Source of the DNA: an uncultured Veillonella sp.
Lineage (GTDB): Bacteria; Bacillota; Negativicutes; Veillonellales; Veillonellaceae
Assembly: GCA_963516605.1 (NCBI GenBank)
Contig: CAUQBP010000010.1
Span: forward strand, 2,289-66,288
Length of the DNA: 64,000 nucleotides
Direction of reading: 5' to 3'
In this document: piece after piece, positions 1-10,604 of the stretch
How positions within the stretch are numbered: the first letter of the stretch is position 1
How the letters are laid out: each line of letters starts with the position of its first letter
Position numbers and translations under genes: made by a program
Notes under the pieces: generated by a model
What the model saw: the letters and a program-made list of their open reading frames with translations, nothing else
What the model was told of the DNA's origin: nothing
Database searches by the model: none

Positions 1-160
1 ATAATAGAAACCCTACTACCCCTGCTATACATGATGTAATAAGAAAAGAGTAGTAAAAAACCCCTTCATCTAATATACCAAAGAAAAAGGGAACCATAAT
101 GAAGGAAGCTAATATAAGCATCACTTGTCCAACAACTCGCATAATATTTTGAATGCGCAT
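1..160 (-). CDS. trkH: Trk potassium uptake membrane protein, N-terminal part (runs off the window)
   Basis: ATG at 160 after GAAAGGAG; reads MRIQNIMRVVGQVMLILASFIMVPFFFGILD..., hydrophobic; directly downstream of trkA. Confidence 0.7.
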   Translation of the reverse strand, partial: MRIQNIMRVVGQVMLILASFIMVPFFFGILDEGVFYYSFLITSCIAGVVGFLL

Positions 161-187
161 GATTCCTTCTCCTTTCAAAATTTTATA

Positions 188-1528
188 TCATTTATTAATA
201 TATGCTAATAAAGTATTAATATTTTCTGGCAATGTAAAGATAACTATATGATCTCCTTCTAGGAGCAATGTATCCCCTTTAGGAACAATGGTTTGATGCT
301 CTCTAACAATAGCTCCCACTAATGATTTTCCTGGCAACTTTAGGTCTTTTAAATGTTTATTTATCAATGATGTTTTTTCTGTAACTTCTATTTCCACAGC
401 TTCAGCTTTAGACCCTTCGAAGGTAAAAATATTAATAAGATTTTCATCTTCTCGAATTAACCGTAAAATTTGCCCCGATGTTAATAATCTCGGTGAAAAT
501 GCTACGTCAATACCCACCTGCTCCATCAAAGTAATATATTCTAATCGCCCTACACGAACAAATGCTTTAGGCACCCCCATATGTTTCGCTAATAATGCCA
601 CTAATAAGTTCAATTTATCATCATCTGTTAAGCAAATGATAACATCATTATCGCTAATTTCTTCCGCTTCTAATAGGTCGATATCTGTGCCATCTCCATG
701 AATGACAATAGACCGATCTACCATAGCGGCCAATTGTTCACAACGATCTAAATCTTTCTCGATAATCTTTACATCATACCCATCATTCTCTAGTAATACT
801 GTTAGATTACGACCAATAAGACCAGCTCCAATAATAACCACCCTTTGCGTTGGTCTTGTTGTTTCATGCAACCAAGATTCTACCTCATCGATACTGTCAG
901 TAGCACCTAGAAAAAATACATTATCCATATACTCTAGAGTACTGTCACCATGAGGAATAATCATTTCCCCACCACGGAGAATCCCTACTACGAGAACATT
1001 CGGTGGCAACGTTAAAGAGCGTAAAGGAATTCCCATAATATCATGATTATTACGAATTTTAAATTCTACTAACCGCACGGCTCCGCTAGCAAATTCTTCA
1101 ACATCTAATGCAGCTGGCGTTTTTAGAATTTTATAAATTTCTTGAGCTGTTACCATTTCTGGATTTATAAAAAGGTCTATTCCTAATCTCTCACGAATGA
1201 GTGCATTGGTATCATTTTCGTACTCTGTTTCCCGAACTCGAGCAATCGTCTTAGGAATACCTGCCGCTTTACCTAGCATACATGCTAGCATGTTGACCTC
1301 GTCAGAGTCTGTCACAGCAATGAGCATTCCCATATCTTCTACGCCAATTTCTTGTAACAGGGAAATGCTGCTGCCATTACCTTGTACCAAGTTCACGTCC
1401 AAATTATTTTCTAAATTTTTAATGCGATCTCCATTTTTTTCAATGACATACACATCATGTTGGTCTTGCGCTAATCGCTGTGCCAAGGAGTAGCCTACTT
1501 TACCCGCACCTACTACCACAATTTTCAT
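188..1528 (-). CDS. trkA: Trk potassium transporter NAD-binding subunit
   Basis: Two RCK units with GAGKVG and GAGLIG Rossmann motifs, 446 aa. Confidence 0.95.
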   Translation of the reverse strand: MKIVVVGAGKVGYSLAQRLAQDQHDVYVIEKNGDRIKNLENNLDVNLVQGNGSSISLLQEIGVEDMGMLIAVTDSDEVNMLACMLGKAAGIPKTIARVRETEYENDTNALIRERLGIDLFINPEMVTAQEIYKILKTPAALDVEEFASGAVRLVEFKIRNNHDIMGIPLRSLTLPPNVLVVGILRGGEMIIPHGDSTLEYMDNVFFLGATDSIDEVESWLHETTRPTQRVVIIGAGLIGRNLTVLLENDGYDVKIIEKDLDRCEQLAAMVDRSIVIHGDGTDIDLLEAEEISDNDVIICLTDDDKLNLLVALLAKHMGVPKAFVRVGRLEYITLMEQVGIDVAFSPRLLTSGQILRLIREDENLINIFTFEGSKAEAVEIEVTEKTSLINKHLKDLKLPGKSLVGAIVREHQTIVPKGDTLLLEGDHIVIFTLPENINTLLAYINK

Positions 1529-1539
1529 GACATCTCCCC

Positions 1540-2457
1540 CTATTTTGTTTCCTCTACGGTAGCAGATTGTTCATCCGCCTCTAGTAAAGTGGCTTGCCCT
1601 TTCTCTGTTAATAGGGTCCATCCATCTTCTTGCACAATGAATCCTGCTTTCATCAGATGCCCTAAGGCACGTTTAAAAGCAGCCTTGCTGATGTTAAATT
1701 TATCTTTAATGATAGGTGCCGACGTACTATCACCATAAGGCATACGTCCATGACGACTACCTAAATAGGTCATAATTTTTGCACCATCCGTAGCCAATGC
1801 CTCTTCTTTGACCGGGCGCATAGAAATATTGATACGTCCATCATCACGCTTAAAAGTAATGCGACCTTCAATAAGCTCTCCTACTTTTAGTGGCTTTGTC
1901 ATTTCACTACGATGCATAAACGCAATCCACCGCTCTGGGGTAATCAAAAAGGCTCCTTCGCTAGTCATGTTGTAAATAGCACCTTTTACCATGCCCCCAA
2001 TTTTAGCATCTGTAGCCGGTTTCGAGGCGCGACGCATAGCATCATCCACATCCATAGACACAGCTAGGCGACCAGACTTATCACTATAGAGACGAACCCA
2101 CACTTTTTCACCATTTTGAGGGCGCCCACGCATTTCTGCATGGGGCATAAAAATCCCCCGTTCTGTTCCTACTTCTACGAAACAGCCGAAGTTTGTCGTA
2201 TTGATGACCTCAACATAACCAATTTGGCCTTCCTTCATAGCGGGTAAACGCATACTCGCTGTCAAGCGGCCTTTGGGATCTTTGTATAGAAACACTGTCA
2301 CTTCATCGCCAATCGCAACGGAACTAGTTTGTTGGTCTTTATGCAACAAAATATCGTCATTCGTATTGCCTGTTTGACCATCTAAAAAAGACCCTTGATC
2401 ACTTTGACGCAATACCTTTAGCGTAGCAATAGTATTTTCTGATAAAGTACTAGCCAT
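1540..2457 (-). CDS. cvfB: S1 RNA-binding domain protein, CvfB/YitL family
   Basis: Multiple S1-like repeats and C-terminal FNISKAAFKRALGHL winged-helix motif; start moved to ATG 2457 after AAGGAG. Confidence 0.85.
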   Translation of the reverse strand: MASTLSENTIATLKVLRQSDQGSFLDGQTGNTNDDILLHKDQQTSSVAIGDEVTVFLYKDPKGRLTASMRLPAMKEGQIGYVEVINTTNFGCFVEVGTERGIFMPHAEMRGRPQNGEKVWVRLYSDKSGRLAVSMDVDDAMRRASKPATDAKIGGMVKGAIYNMTSEGAFLITPERWIAFMHRSEMTKPLKVGELIEGRITFKRDDGRINISMRPVKEEALATDGAKIMTYLGSRHGRMPYGDSTSAPIIKDKFNISKAAFKRALGHLMKAGFIVQEDGWTLLTEKGQATLLEADEQSATVEETK

Positions 2458-2458
2458 A

Positions 2459-2818
2459 TTAGACTCCTTCAAAGGATTCTCTTGGTGCATCCTTCCACAA
2501 TTCTTCTAAGCCATAGAAATGGCGGTATTCACCTGTAAATACGTGGGCAATGACATCACCAAAATCAAGTAAAATCCAATCTCCTTCACGATATCCTTCG
2601 CGATGTAATACGGTCATACCTTGCTCTGCACCGGCATCTTCAATGGCATCAGCTACACTTTGTGCATGTTTCACATTGTTTGCTGTAATCACTAAGAAAT
2701 AATCTCCTAACATGGTAAGACCTTCCATATCCATAATGGAAATGTCTTCTCCCTTTTTATCATATCCAGCTTGTGCTAAGATTTTTACTGTTCCTAAAAT
2801 ATCTTGTTTCTGTTTCAT
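2459..2818 (-). CDS. rsfS: Ribosome silencing factor
   Basis: DKKGEDI...WILLDFGDVIAHVF...RHFYGLEELW signature. Confidence 0.95.
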   Translation of the reverse strand: MKQKQDILGTVKILAQAGYDKKGEDISIMDMEGLTMLGDYFLVITANNVKHAQSVADAIEDAGAEQGMTVLHREGYREGDWILLDFGDVIAHVFTGEYRHFYGLEELWKDAPRESFEGV

Positions 2819-2827
2819 TCTAACTCC

Positions 2828-3922
2828 TTATCTTGTTGTGGGACTCCCTGGCTCTGTTTTCTCCTTGGTACCCTCTGTTTCACTATCCTTTGGTTGCTTT
2901 CCATTGTCTTTAGAAGAATCCTTGGATCCATCTTTTGGAGAGTCTCCAATCACAGGAATCACTTCTGCATCGCTCGGAATATCCCCTACGGTTATCCCCA
3001 CCAATTGTTGTAATTCCACTGGTTCTACATTCCAATAGTCCACATGGTCAATTGTTTCTGGTGAGCCTGGTAAAATATACCAACGTACTTTATCTTTCGG
3101 AAATTCAATCACTTTTGTCACAAAACGAACTCCATCCCAAGTGCTCACATTAGTACTGATATGGCTCCATTGTCTCCATACTCGAAAAGCAGTTCCTAAG
3201 CTAACATGATTACGTTCACGTTCCCACATAGATTTCAACAATCGCTCTTGATGCATGGTCCTTCCCAATGTATCTCCTGGATCATTGATAAACCGCACAT
3301 ATCCAAAGGCTGTATCATCAGTCAAATCCTGATACCCCTGATGAATATTGATATCTACCTCACCAGATGCTGCATCTTGATGTACCATCGATTGCTCTAC
3401 ATATAAACTAGGAGCGCCAAAAATATTCATCATAGAGTGGAAACTATCTTGATCCACTACTGCATAATAAGGGATGACAATATGGAACATATCTTCCACG
3501 ACTGCCTTCGTCAATTCAATTCCACCTTGTGCATAGATATCATTAATTCGTTGCGGAGCCTCATTATGACGGTTAATAATTTTACTATTACTTGGGATAC
3601 CAATAATCTGCATAGTTTTGGCATCTAAATTGAAAGCCACAACATACAGCGCATCTGCTTGTTGTGGTTGACTTTTATCAACGCCAACGACCAACATATA
3701 GGAGGTCTTAATAGAGCTCATATCGATAGGTGTTGTATTCGTCACAACCGGCAACGCATGTGATTCTTGGCTAGTAGTACTAGGTTGTGATACGGAACTT
3801 ACTGCACTGCGTATGCCCCACACTGCCACCCCTACAATTGCTATAAGGAGGATGATGGCTCCTATAATTCGTCCCCAACGCAGTCCATTTCGACGTGGTT
3901 TGCGTCGTATCTTTTGATCCAT
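2828..3922 (-). CDS. LCP (LytR-CpsA-Psr) family protein
   Basis: Basic N-terminus, single TM helix, LCP-like core (LVVGVD, RINDIY, GYVRF, GRTMHQE), low-complexity tail; usual position between yqeK and rsfS. Confidence 0.85.
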   Translation of the reverse strand: MDQKIRRKPRRNGLRWGRIIGAIILLIAIVGVAVWGIRSAVSSVSQPSTTSQESHALPVVTNTTPIDMSSIKTSYMLVVGVDKSQPQQADALYVVAFNLDAKTMQIIGIPSNSKIINRHNEAPQRINDIYAQGGIELTKAVVEDMFHIVIPYYAVVDQDSFHSMMNIFGAPSLYVEQSMVHQDAASGEVDINIHQGYQDLTDDTAFGYVRFINDPGDTLGRTMHQERLLKSMWERERNHVSLGTAFRVWRQWSHISTNVSTWDGVRFVTKVIEFPKDKVRWYILPGSPETIDHVDYWNVEPVELQQLVGITVGDIPSDAEVIPVIGDSPKDGSKDSSKDNGKQPKDSETEGTKEKTEPGSPTTR

Positions 3923-4507
3923 TTATACATCCGACCTTTCTAACAACACACTATTTCTACCTCGAATCGTATCCACATGTATGCTTAATCCCTGATCTAG
4001 CAAATGACGTATCGTTCCATCATAAGCGAGAACAACAGCGGCATTCAAATCTTGAAATGCCAACATCCGTAATTCTTCCACGCCTGGAAAGTCACGATTC
4101 GGCTCAATATAATCTGCTAAAAAAATAATCTTATCCAACACACTCATGTGGGTACTGCCTAATGTATGAACACGAATAGCTTCACAAATTGATTCATCTT
4201 GGATATGCAACTCTAACTTCGCATAGGCAGCGCCTGCGGGTCCATGCAATAAAGCACCATTACTAAGCATTTCCTTATCTACTGGTATTTGCGCTTGTTG
4301 CACCATATCTTGCATAGCTTCTAAGGAACATTCTTTCATAGCATCATGCAATAGTGCCGCCATTTCTGCTTGATCCACCTGCACCCCATAGTGGTTTGCT
4401 AATCGTTTTGCCATATCCACCACCCCTAGTGTGTGGGCAAATCGTTTTGATGAAAGCCGACCTTTCACAATATGTTGTACTCTTTCTATTGTCATTGTAT
4501 CCTTCAC
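3923..4507 (-). CDS. yqeK: HD-domain Ap4A hydrolase
   Basis: RFAHTLGV, LLHD, LHG, HT and ADYIEPNR motifs; follows nadD. Confidence 0.9.
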   Translation of the reverse strand: MKDTMTIERVQHIVKGRLSSKRFAHTLGVVDMAKRLANHYGVQVDQAEMAALLHDAMKECSLEAMQDMVQQAQIPVDKEMLSNGALLHGPAGAAYAKLELHIQDESICEAIRVHTLGSTHMSVLDKIIFLADYIEPNRDFPGVEELRMLAFQDLNAAVVLAYDGTIRHLLDQGLSIHVDTIRGRNSVLLERSDV

Positions 4508-4566
4508 TAGCCTATACCTTTCTATAGGGTACTACAAAATTAATTCCATCTTTAATACTGACAAAT

Positions 4567-5178
4567 TCACGTGTTGTATATTTTATGTTCCTTAATATAT
4601 TGGTACACCGTTTTCGGCAACATATATCGAGTAGACAAGCCATGGCGCAATCGATGACGCAATTCCGTGGCAGATAGCTTCATTTCCGGCACTTCTAATA
4701 TATGAATGCGACCGCCTCGTTGAGCAAGCCATTCGATGCTTTCACCAATGTCGTTCGTAGCACCAGGGCGAATAGCCCCGATGAACTCGCACATATCTAA
4801 CAGTTCTTCTATATATTTCCAAGTTGGCAAATTCTGAATCGTATCTGTGCCTGCAATGAAGAAAAATTCTGTATCCGGTCCATACACATCATGAAAATAC
4901 CACAATGTATCAATGGTATACGATTTTCCTTCTCGCTGCATCTCTACATCAGAAACCACAAAATTCGGATTATCCAAAACCGCTGCACGCACCATTTCTA
5001 ACCGATATTTCGCATCAATCACATCTGTCTCTTTATGCGGTGGTTCCTTTGCTGGTACAAAAATGACACGATTCAAGTCAAATGCTTCTGACGCCATTTC
5101 TGCAATCATCAAATGCCCTAAGTGGACAGGATTAAAGGTGCCTCCCAAAATGCCAATTCTCTTTTTCTTATCTGCCAT
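4567..5178 (-). CDS. nadD: Nicotinate-nucleotide adenylyltransferase
   Basis: GGTFNPVHLGH, PPHK, SYTIDT motifs. Confidence 0.95.
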   Translation of the reverse strand: MADKKKRIGILGGTFNPVHLGHLMIAEMASEAFDLNRVIFVPAKEPPHKETDVIDAKYRLEMVRAAVLDNPNFVVSDVEMQREGKSYTIDTLWYFHDVYGPDTEFFFIAGTDTIQNLPTWKYIEELLDMCEFIGAIRPGATNDIGESIEWLAQRGGRIHILEVPEMKLSATELRHRLRHGLSTRYMLPKTVYQYIKEHKIYNT

Positions 5179-5307
5179 GTAACCACGCCCCTATACACAC
5201 TAGTGATACCACACCTAGTATGGTTAATACGATGCCATAAGACTTCCATTCATAAGCCCCTTTAGGTGACTTCATATACTGAAAGTAAGCTTTTAGATAT
5301 GTAAGTT

Positions 5308-6564
5308 TCATCGTACCTGTCCATGACCAAAGACGAAATATTTATAACTAGTCAACGCATCTAACCCCATAGGTCCTCGGGCATGGAGTTTTTGTGTACT
5401 AATGCCGATCTCAGCCCCTAAACCAAATTCAAAGCCATCTGTAAAACGTGTAGATGCATTCACATAGACTGTGGAGGCATCCACCAAGTTCATAAATCGT
5501 TCTGCCTCGGTTGGGTCTTCTGTAATAATCATTTCAGAATGTTTTGTACCAAATGTATTGATATGAGTAATAGCATCATCAATGGAAGATACCACTTTAA
5601 AGTTCACAACATAGTCATTATATTCTGTAGACCAATTGTCTTCAGTGGCAGGTTTCACTTGAGAAGATAAGCTTTGAATCTGTGTATCTCCATAGATGGC
5701 AACGCCTTTTTCTTCTAACATAGATACAATCTTAGGGCCTAAATCTTGTAGTCTGCCTTCATGTAACAGAATCGTTTCCATAGCATTACACACAGATGGT
5801 CGTGACAATTTTGCATTCTCCAATACCTGTAATGCCATCGTTTCATCTGCAGTGGCATCCACATAGCCATGAACAACACCACTCCCTGTTTCTATAACAG
5901 GAATTTTACTATTGTTGACCACAAATTGAATCAATCCTGCTCCACCACGTGGAATCATTACATCAATCCATTTACGTTGTGCTAAGAATTCACCTACAGC
6001 TTCTCGCTCAAGAATAGACACTAATTGAACGAGATCTTTAGGGGCCCCACACCGCTCTAAGGAACCTTGCATGATGTGTACCATTGCCTCACTTGTGCGG
6101 TATGCTTCTTTGCCACCACGAAGAATGATCGCATTGCCTGTCTTAATAGCTAAGGCAGCTGCATCTACTGTCACATTAGGGCGAGCTTCATAAATCATGC
6201 CAATAACACCGATAGGGATTTGGCGCTTTTCAATACGCAAACCATTGTCTAAGGTTCTACTTTCTAACACAGTGCCAATGGGATCATGCAAATGAGCCAC
6301 TTGGCGAACCCCCTCACAAATACCTTGGATGCGTTCCTTCGTCAAACGAAGACGATCCATCATCACAGATGGAACTCCATTCTCTTTAGCTTGGGAACAA
6401 TCCATAGTGTTCGCCTCTAAAATAGTGGGGATGGCCGTTTCTAAATCACAAGCAATCTGTTCCAAAATACGATTCTTATCTTCTGTGCTCAATACTTGCC
6501 CCGCCATAGAAGCTGACCGAGCTGCTTTGCCTAAACTTTCAAAATATGCAGTATATGGATTCAT
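5308..6564 (-). CDS. proA: Gamma-glutamyl phosphate reductase
   Basis: YEARPNVT, SVCNAMET, NASTRFTDGFEFGLGAEIGISTQKLHARGPMG. Confidence 0.97.
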   Translation of the reverse strand: MNPYTAYFESLGKAARSASMAGQVLSTEDKNRILEQIACDLETAIPTILEANTMDCSQAKENGVPSVMMDRLRLTKERIQGICEGVRQVAHLHDPIGTVLESRTLDNGLRIEKRQIPIGVIGMIYEARPNVTVDAAALAIKTGNAIILRGGKEAYRTSEAMVHIMQGSLERCGAPKDLVQLVSILEREAVGEFLAQRKWIDVMIPRGGAGLIQFVVNNSKIPVIETGSGVVHGYVDATADETMALQVLENAKLSRPSVCNAMETILLHEGRLQDLGPKIVSMLEEKGVAIYGDTQIQSLSSQVKPATEDNWSTEYNDYVVNFKVVSSIDDAITHINTFGTKHSEMIITEDPTEAERFMNLVDASTVYVNASTRFTDGFEFGLGAEIGISTQKLHARGPMGLDALTSYKYFVFGHGQVR

Positions 6565-6567
6565 AAT

Positions 6568-7695
6568 TTACTCCTGTCGTAAGACAACTAAGTTATCTCG
6601 ATGCACCACTACATGATAGGTATCACGAACACCAAGTATAGTAGGAATATCCTTTGATTTACGTCCTTTAATCTGTAACAAGTCAGATAGATTAAAGTTC
6701 ACAATACCGCGAGCAATTTCTTCTCCATCGTGAACGATAGATATGGTATCCCCTTCTTCAAATTGTCCTTCAGCAGATAGAATACCTACTGGTAAAATAC
6801 TAGAGCCATTAGTGAGTAATGCATCACGGCATCCCTTATCTACATGAATGGTACCTTGTAAACGTGTGCCAAATGCCATCCAACGCTTTTTAATTTGCGG
6901 TACATCTCGATGAGGCCAGAAATGCGTGCCTCGTTCTTCTCCATTCATAATAGCTTTAATACTATCTGGATGGTCACCAGAGGCGATAACCATATGAACA
7001 CCAGAGTTCGTTGCAATATGAGCAGCTTGAATCTTCGTATACATACCGCCTGTACCCAAGGAAGACCCTGCTCCACCAGAAATTTCATAAATGTACGGTG
7101 TAAGAGCCTCTACTTCATGGATTAATGTAGCATTTGGGTCTGTAGATGGATTCGCTGTATATAGACCTTCAATATCCGATAGAATAATCAATGCATCTGC
7201 ATCAATAATGCTAGCAATATTAGCAGATAATGTATCATTATCACCAATTTTAAACTCATCGATAGCCACCACATCATTTTCATTGATAATAGGAATAACA
7301 CCTAATCCAATGAGGGCCGTCAATGTATTCCGAAGATTCAGATAATGACTACGTTTCACCGTATCTTCACGGGTTACAAGAATTTGTCCTACCGTATGTC
7401 CATATTCAGCGAATAGTTTTTCATACATATGTAGTAAGATACCTTGTCCCACAGAGGCTGCGGCTTGTTTTAAAGCAATATCATCAGGCCTTGACGTGAA
7501 CCCCAATGAGGGAAGACCGGCGGCGGTAGCCCCAGAAGAAACCAAAATCATTTCTTTCCCTGCATTCGCTAAATTACAAATTTGACGGACTAACACTTCC
7601 ATTTTATCAATGTTAATGCGTCCATTTGCATGTGTTAATGAGCTTGTTCCTACTTTAACAATCACTCGTTTCGCCTGTCGTAACTCTTCTCTCAT
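6568..7695 (-). CDS. proB: Glutamate 5-kinase with PUA domain
   Basis: VKVGTSSL, NEND, GDNDTLSA, GTGGMYTK, HRDNLV. Confidence 0.97.
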   Translation of the reverse strand: MREELRQAKRVIVKVGTSSLTHANGRINIDKMEVLVRQICNLANAGKEMILVSSGATAAGLPSLGFTSRPDDIALKQAAASVGQGILLHMYEKLFAEYGHTVGQILVTREDTVKRSHYLNLRNTLTALIGLGVIPIINENDVVAIDEFKIGDNDTLSANIASIIDADALIILSDIEGLYTANPSTDPNATLIHEVEALTPYIYEISGGAGSSLGTGGMYTKIQAAHIATNSGVHMVIASGDHPDSIKAIMNGEERGTHFWPHRDVPQIKKRWMAFGTRLQGTIHVDKGCRDALLTNGSSILPVGILSAEGQFEEGDTISIVHDGEEIARGIVNFNLSDLLQIKGRKSKDIPTILGVRDTYHVVVHRDNLVVLRQE

Positions 7696-7717
7696 CGCTT
7701 CACCTCATGTGGATTGA

Positions 7718-8005
7718 TTATCTTGGCAACTCAATTTTTGGATCTTTTGCTTTTTTGTACAATACACCATTATGTCCGATGATTTGTACTAACTCTGCTC
7801 CTAACATATCCGCTAGGTCAGGCAAAATTTCTTTTGGATCTTCCAAGCAGTTGTTTAACACTTTTACTTTAATTAATTCACGCTTTGTAATAGCAGCTCG
7901 TGCGCTGTCGATAACAGGATTTTCCAATCCCCCTTTACCAATCATCACCACTGCCGGCATAGTGCTTGCTAAGGCACGTAAATATCGTTTCTGTTTACCT
8001 GTCAT
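7718..8005 (-). CDS. yhbY: CRM-domain RNA-binding protein
   Basis: TGKQKRYLRALA, IGKGG, ELIKVKVL, VQIIG. Confidence 0.93.
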   Translation of the reverse strand: MTGKQKRYLRALASTMPAVVMIGKGGLENPVIDSARAAITKRELIKVKVLNNCLEDPKEILPDLADMLGAELVQIIGHNGVLYKKAKDPKIELPR

Positions 8006-8013
8006 TCTATCTC

Positions 8014-9285
8014 CTAATCATGGAAAGTAAATCGTTGATCTCCGATGACTACTTCATCGCCATTTTGGATGCCACGTTTTTTCAATTCCGCATCTAAATC
8101 CATGTAACGCCAAATCTTTTGGAATCTTCGCAACGCTTGTTCATCATCAAGATTTGTCATTGCCACCAATTTCTCAATACGAGAGCCACTGATAATATAG
8201 GATGCATCATCGCCACGAGTGATGACGAAATCTGTATCTGGTTTAGCTTCATAGTATACAGTGTCATCCACCACTTCTGGTTCTGGCACATAGTTTTCTA
8301 CATAGTACCATGCACGTTCTACTAATGATGGCAACCCTTCTCCAGTCAATGCATTGACCGCAAATACTTCATAGTCTTGATCGGCGAAGTACTTTGTCAC
8401 TCTTGGCAATGTTTCTTCATCTTGTAACAAGTCTGTTTTGTTCAATACAATCAATTGCTTTTTCTTGCTTAATTTTTCGCTATATTTAGCTAACTCTTCG
8501 TTAATTTTATGAAAGTCTTCAATAGGGTCACGACCTTCTAATCCAGATACATCCAATACATGGAGCAAAATATTACTACGTTCTACATGACGCAAGAAGG
8601 AATGTCCTAAACCAATACCTTCACTAGCGCCTTCAATCAAACCTGGAATATCTGCCATGACAAAACTTTTACCTGGTGCTACAGAAACTACCCCTAATAC
8701 TGGAGTTAATGTAGTAAAATGGTACGCAGCCACTTCTGGTTTTGCAGAAGATACTTTGCGGATAATGGAGGATTTACCCACGCTTGGGTAACCCAATAAT
8801 CCAACATCAGCCAACACTTTAAGCTCTAAGTTTAACCAACGTTCTTCACCTGGTTCCCCTTTTTCAGCAAAGGTTGGTACACGGTTAGCACTTGTTTGAA
8901 AGCGTGCGTTACCACGGCCACCTCGACCACCTTTGGCAACCATGTAGGTTTGTCCATCTTCCACTAAGTCCGCCATTAATTTACCAGATTCTTCATCCGT
9001 TACCGTTGTTCCTAAAGGAACAGAGACGATTAAATTTTCAGCGCCACGTCCATGCTTGTTGGCACTCTGTCCAGCACCGCCTGTGTCTCCTTTAAATTGA
9101 CGTTTATATCTAAAATCAACCAATGTATTGATATTTCTGTCAGCTTTTAAAATGATGTCAGCACCTTTACCACCATCTCCACCATTCGGTCCCCCTTGTG
9201 GTACATATTTTTCTCGACGGAAACTACTCATACCGTTACCGCCATCTCCCGCTTTCACTAATATACGGGCACGATCTATAAACAT
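8014..9285 (-). CDS. obgE: GTPase Obg
   Basis: Glycine-rich Obg fold, GYPSVGKS, DIPG, NKTD, C-terminal OCT domain. Confidence 0.97.
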   Translation of the reverse strand: MFIDRARILVKAGDGGNGMSSFRREKYVPQGGPNGGDGGKGADIILKADRNINTLVDFRYKRQFKGDTGGAGQSANKHGRGAENLIVSVPLGTTVTDEESGKLMADLVEDGQTYMVAKGGRGGRGNARFQTSANRVPTFAEKGEPGEERWLNLELKVLADVGLLGYPSVGKSSIIRKVSSAKPEVAAYHFTTLTPVLGVVSVAPGKSFVMADIPGLIEGASEGIGLGHSFLRHVERSNILLHVLDVSGLEGRDPIEDFHKINEELAKYSEKLSKKKQLIVLNKTDLLQDEETLPRVTKYFADQDYEVFAVNALTGEGLPSLVERAWYYVENYVPEPEVVDDTVYYEAKPDTDFVITRGDDASYIISGSRIEKLVAMTNLDDEQALRRFQKIWRYMDLDAELKKRGIQNGDEVVIGDQRFTFHD

Positions 9286-9306
9286 ATTTTTTCCTCTAGC
9301 CCTATA

Positions 9307-9332
9307 GATAGAGCGGCCGAAGCCGCTATATC
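9307..9332 (-). other. Stable stem-loop with C(UUCG)G tetraloop between the S41 gene and obgE
   Basis: GCGGC-TTCG-GCCGC on the minus strand with an extended stem; no U-tract follows. Confidence 0.5.
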
Positions 9333-10596
9333 ATAGAGTTTTTACAATTTCAATAGCACGTTCCATTTGCACATCCTCTTCAGGATTTGTTTTGGACGGC
9401 TCCACAACTTCATCTGGTTCAATACCAATACCATCGATAACTCTATCATTTGGTGTATGATAGCGAGCGATAGTAACCTTTAAACCTTCTTCATCAAGGC
9501 CTTGTACTACGCTTTGTACAGTACCTTTGCCATAACTTTTTGTGCCTACAATGGTACCTGATTTTGTATCCTGCACAGCACCAGCAATAATTTCTGAAGC
9601 ACTTGCAGAATTACCATTAATCAACACAACTAATGGAATGAGAGGATAGTCTCCTCTAGACATATAGGCTGTTGTTTTACCCCGTCTCGTTTGTACCGTC
9701 ACAATCGGTCCTTTCGGCACTAAATATTGTCCAATACCATGAGCTGTCGTAATTAAGCCACCCGGATTATCACGCAAGTCTAAGACTAGCCGTTTCATCC
9801 CTTTAGATTGAAGTTCCTCATAGGCTTTCGTAAATTCATCTACTGTTTTTTCAGCAAATTGGGTAACACGAATATAACCAATATCTTCGGTTAGCATTTG
9901 CCCTTTTACAGTAGGCATTACAATCGTTTTCCGTTCAATGGAAAGCTCTTGTTCTTCCCCATTGCGAAGGATACGAAGCACCACGAAAGTGCCCTCTTCA
10001 CCGCGAATACAATTCGCTACGTCTTCTTTTTCAATATCAGACACGGGTGTGCCATTAATAGCAAGGATTTGATCTCCTTTTTGAAGGCCTGCCGCTTCCG
10101 CTGGTTGTCCTTCCATCGTAGCGCCTACTTTCAGAGTTTTTCCATCGGAAAAATCTAGTAATAGGCCAATCCCACTATAGGTAGAGGACGTGTGCATTTC
10201 CAGCTCTTTCATGTCATCCTTGTCTAAATAGACAGTATGTTTATCATGAGTGCCTTTTACTAGGCCTTTCAACATATTCACAAAGAGTTCTTCTTTGGCT
10301 GGTGGGTCCATCGCCCATTGGGTAGTGATAAAGTAGGTGTACCCAAATTTAGCAATTCCCAACGGAGACCCTGAGATATACCAAAAGAAAGCGGTTAAGC
10401 CTATTAAAAAGGTAAGTATCCAAGTCAATGCAATGAGCAAATAATATTTAATGAGATCTTTAATGCTCTCATGTTCAAGGTCATCTTCTATGCTGATAAT
10501 ATTCCCTGCCTCATCTTTTGTAATGACTTCATATCTTACGCCTAACAGGTAGGTCTTAGCTTTATGCCAAATAGATGTTTTTTTCTTATCTTCCAT
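9331..10596 (-). CDS. S41 family C-terminal processing protease with PDZ domain
   Basis: GIGL PDZ motif, DLRDNPGG, SASASEI, GTKSYGKG; N-terminal TM helix. Confidence 0.92.
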   Translation of the reverse strand: MEDKKKTSIWHKAKTYLLGVRYEVITKDEAGNIISIEDDLEHESIKDLIKYYLLIALTWILTFLIGLTAFFWYISGSPLGIAKFGYTYFITTQWAMDPPAKEELFVNMLKGLVKGTHDKHTVYLDKDDMKELEMHTSSTYSGIGLLLDFSDGKTLKVGATMEGQPAEAAGLQKGDQILAINGTPVSDIEKEDVANCIRGEEGTFVVLRILRNGEEQELSIERKTIVMPTVKGQMLTEDIGYIRVTQFAEKTVDEFTKAYEELQSKGMKRLVLDLRDNPGGLITTAHGIGQYLVPKGPIVTVQTRRGKTTAYMSRGDYPLIPLVVLINGNSASASEIIAGAVQDTKSGTIVGTKSYGKGTVQSVVQGLDEEGLKVTIARYHTPNDRVIDGIGIEPDEVVEPSKTNPEEDVQMERAIEIVKTL

Positions 10597-10604
10597 AGTC
10601 TCCT

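Noticed and set aside
5179..5307. Possible riboswitch or T-box between proA and nadD
   Set aside because: Only short imperfect stems; no recognisable consensus.
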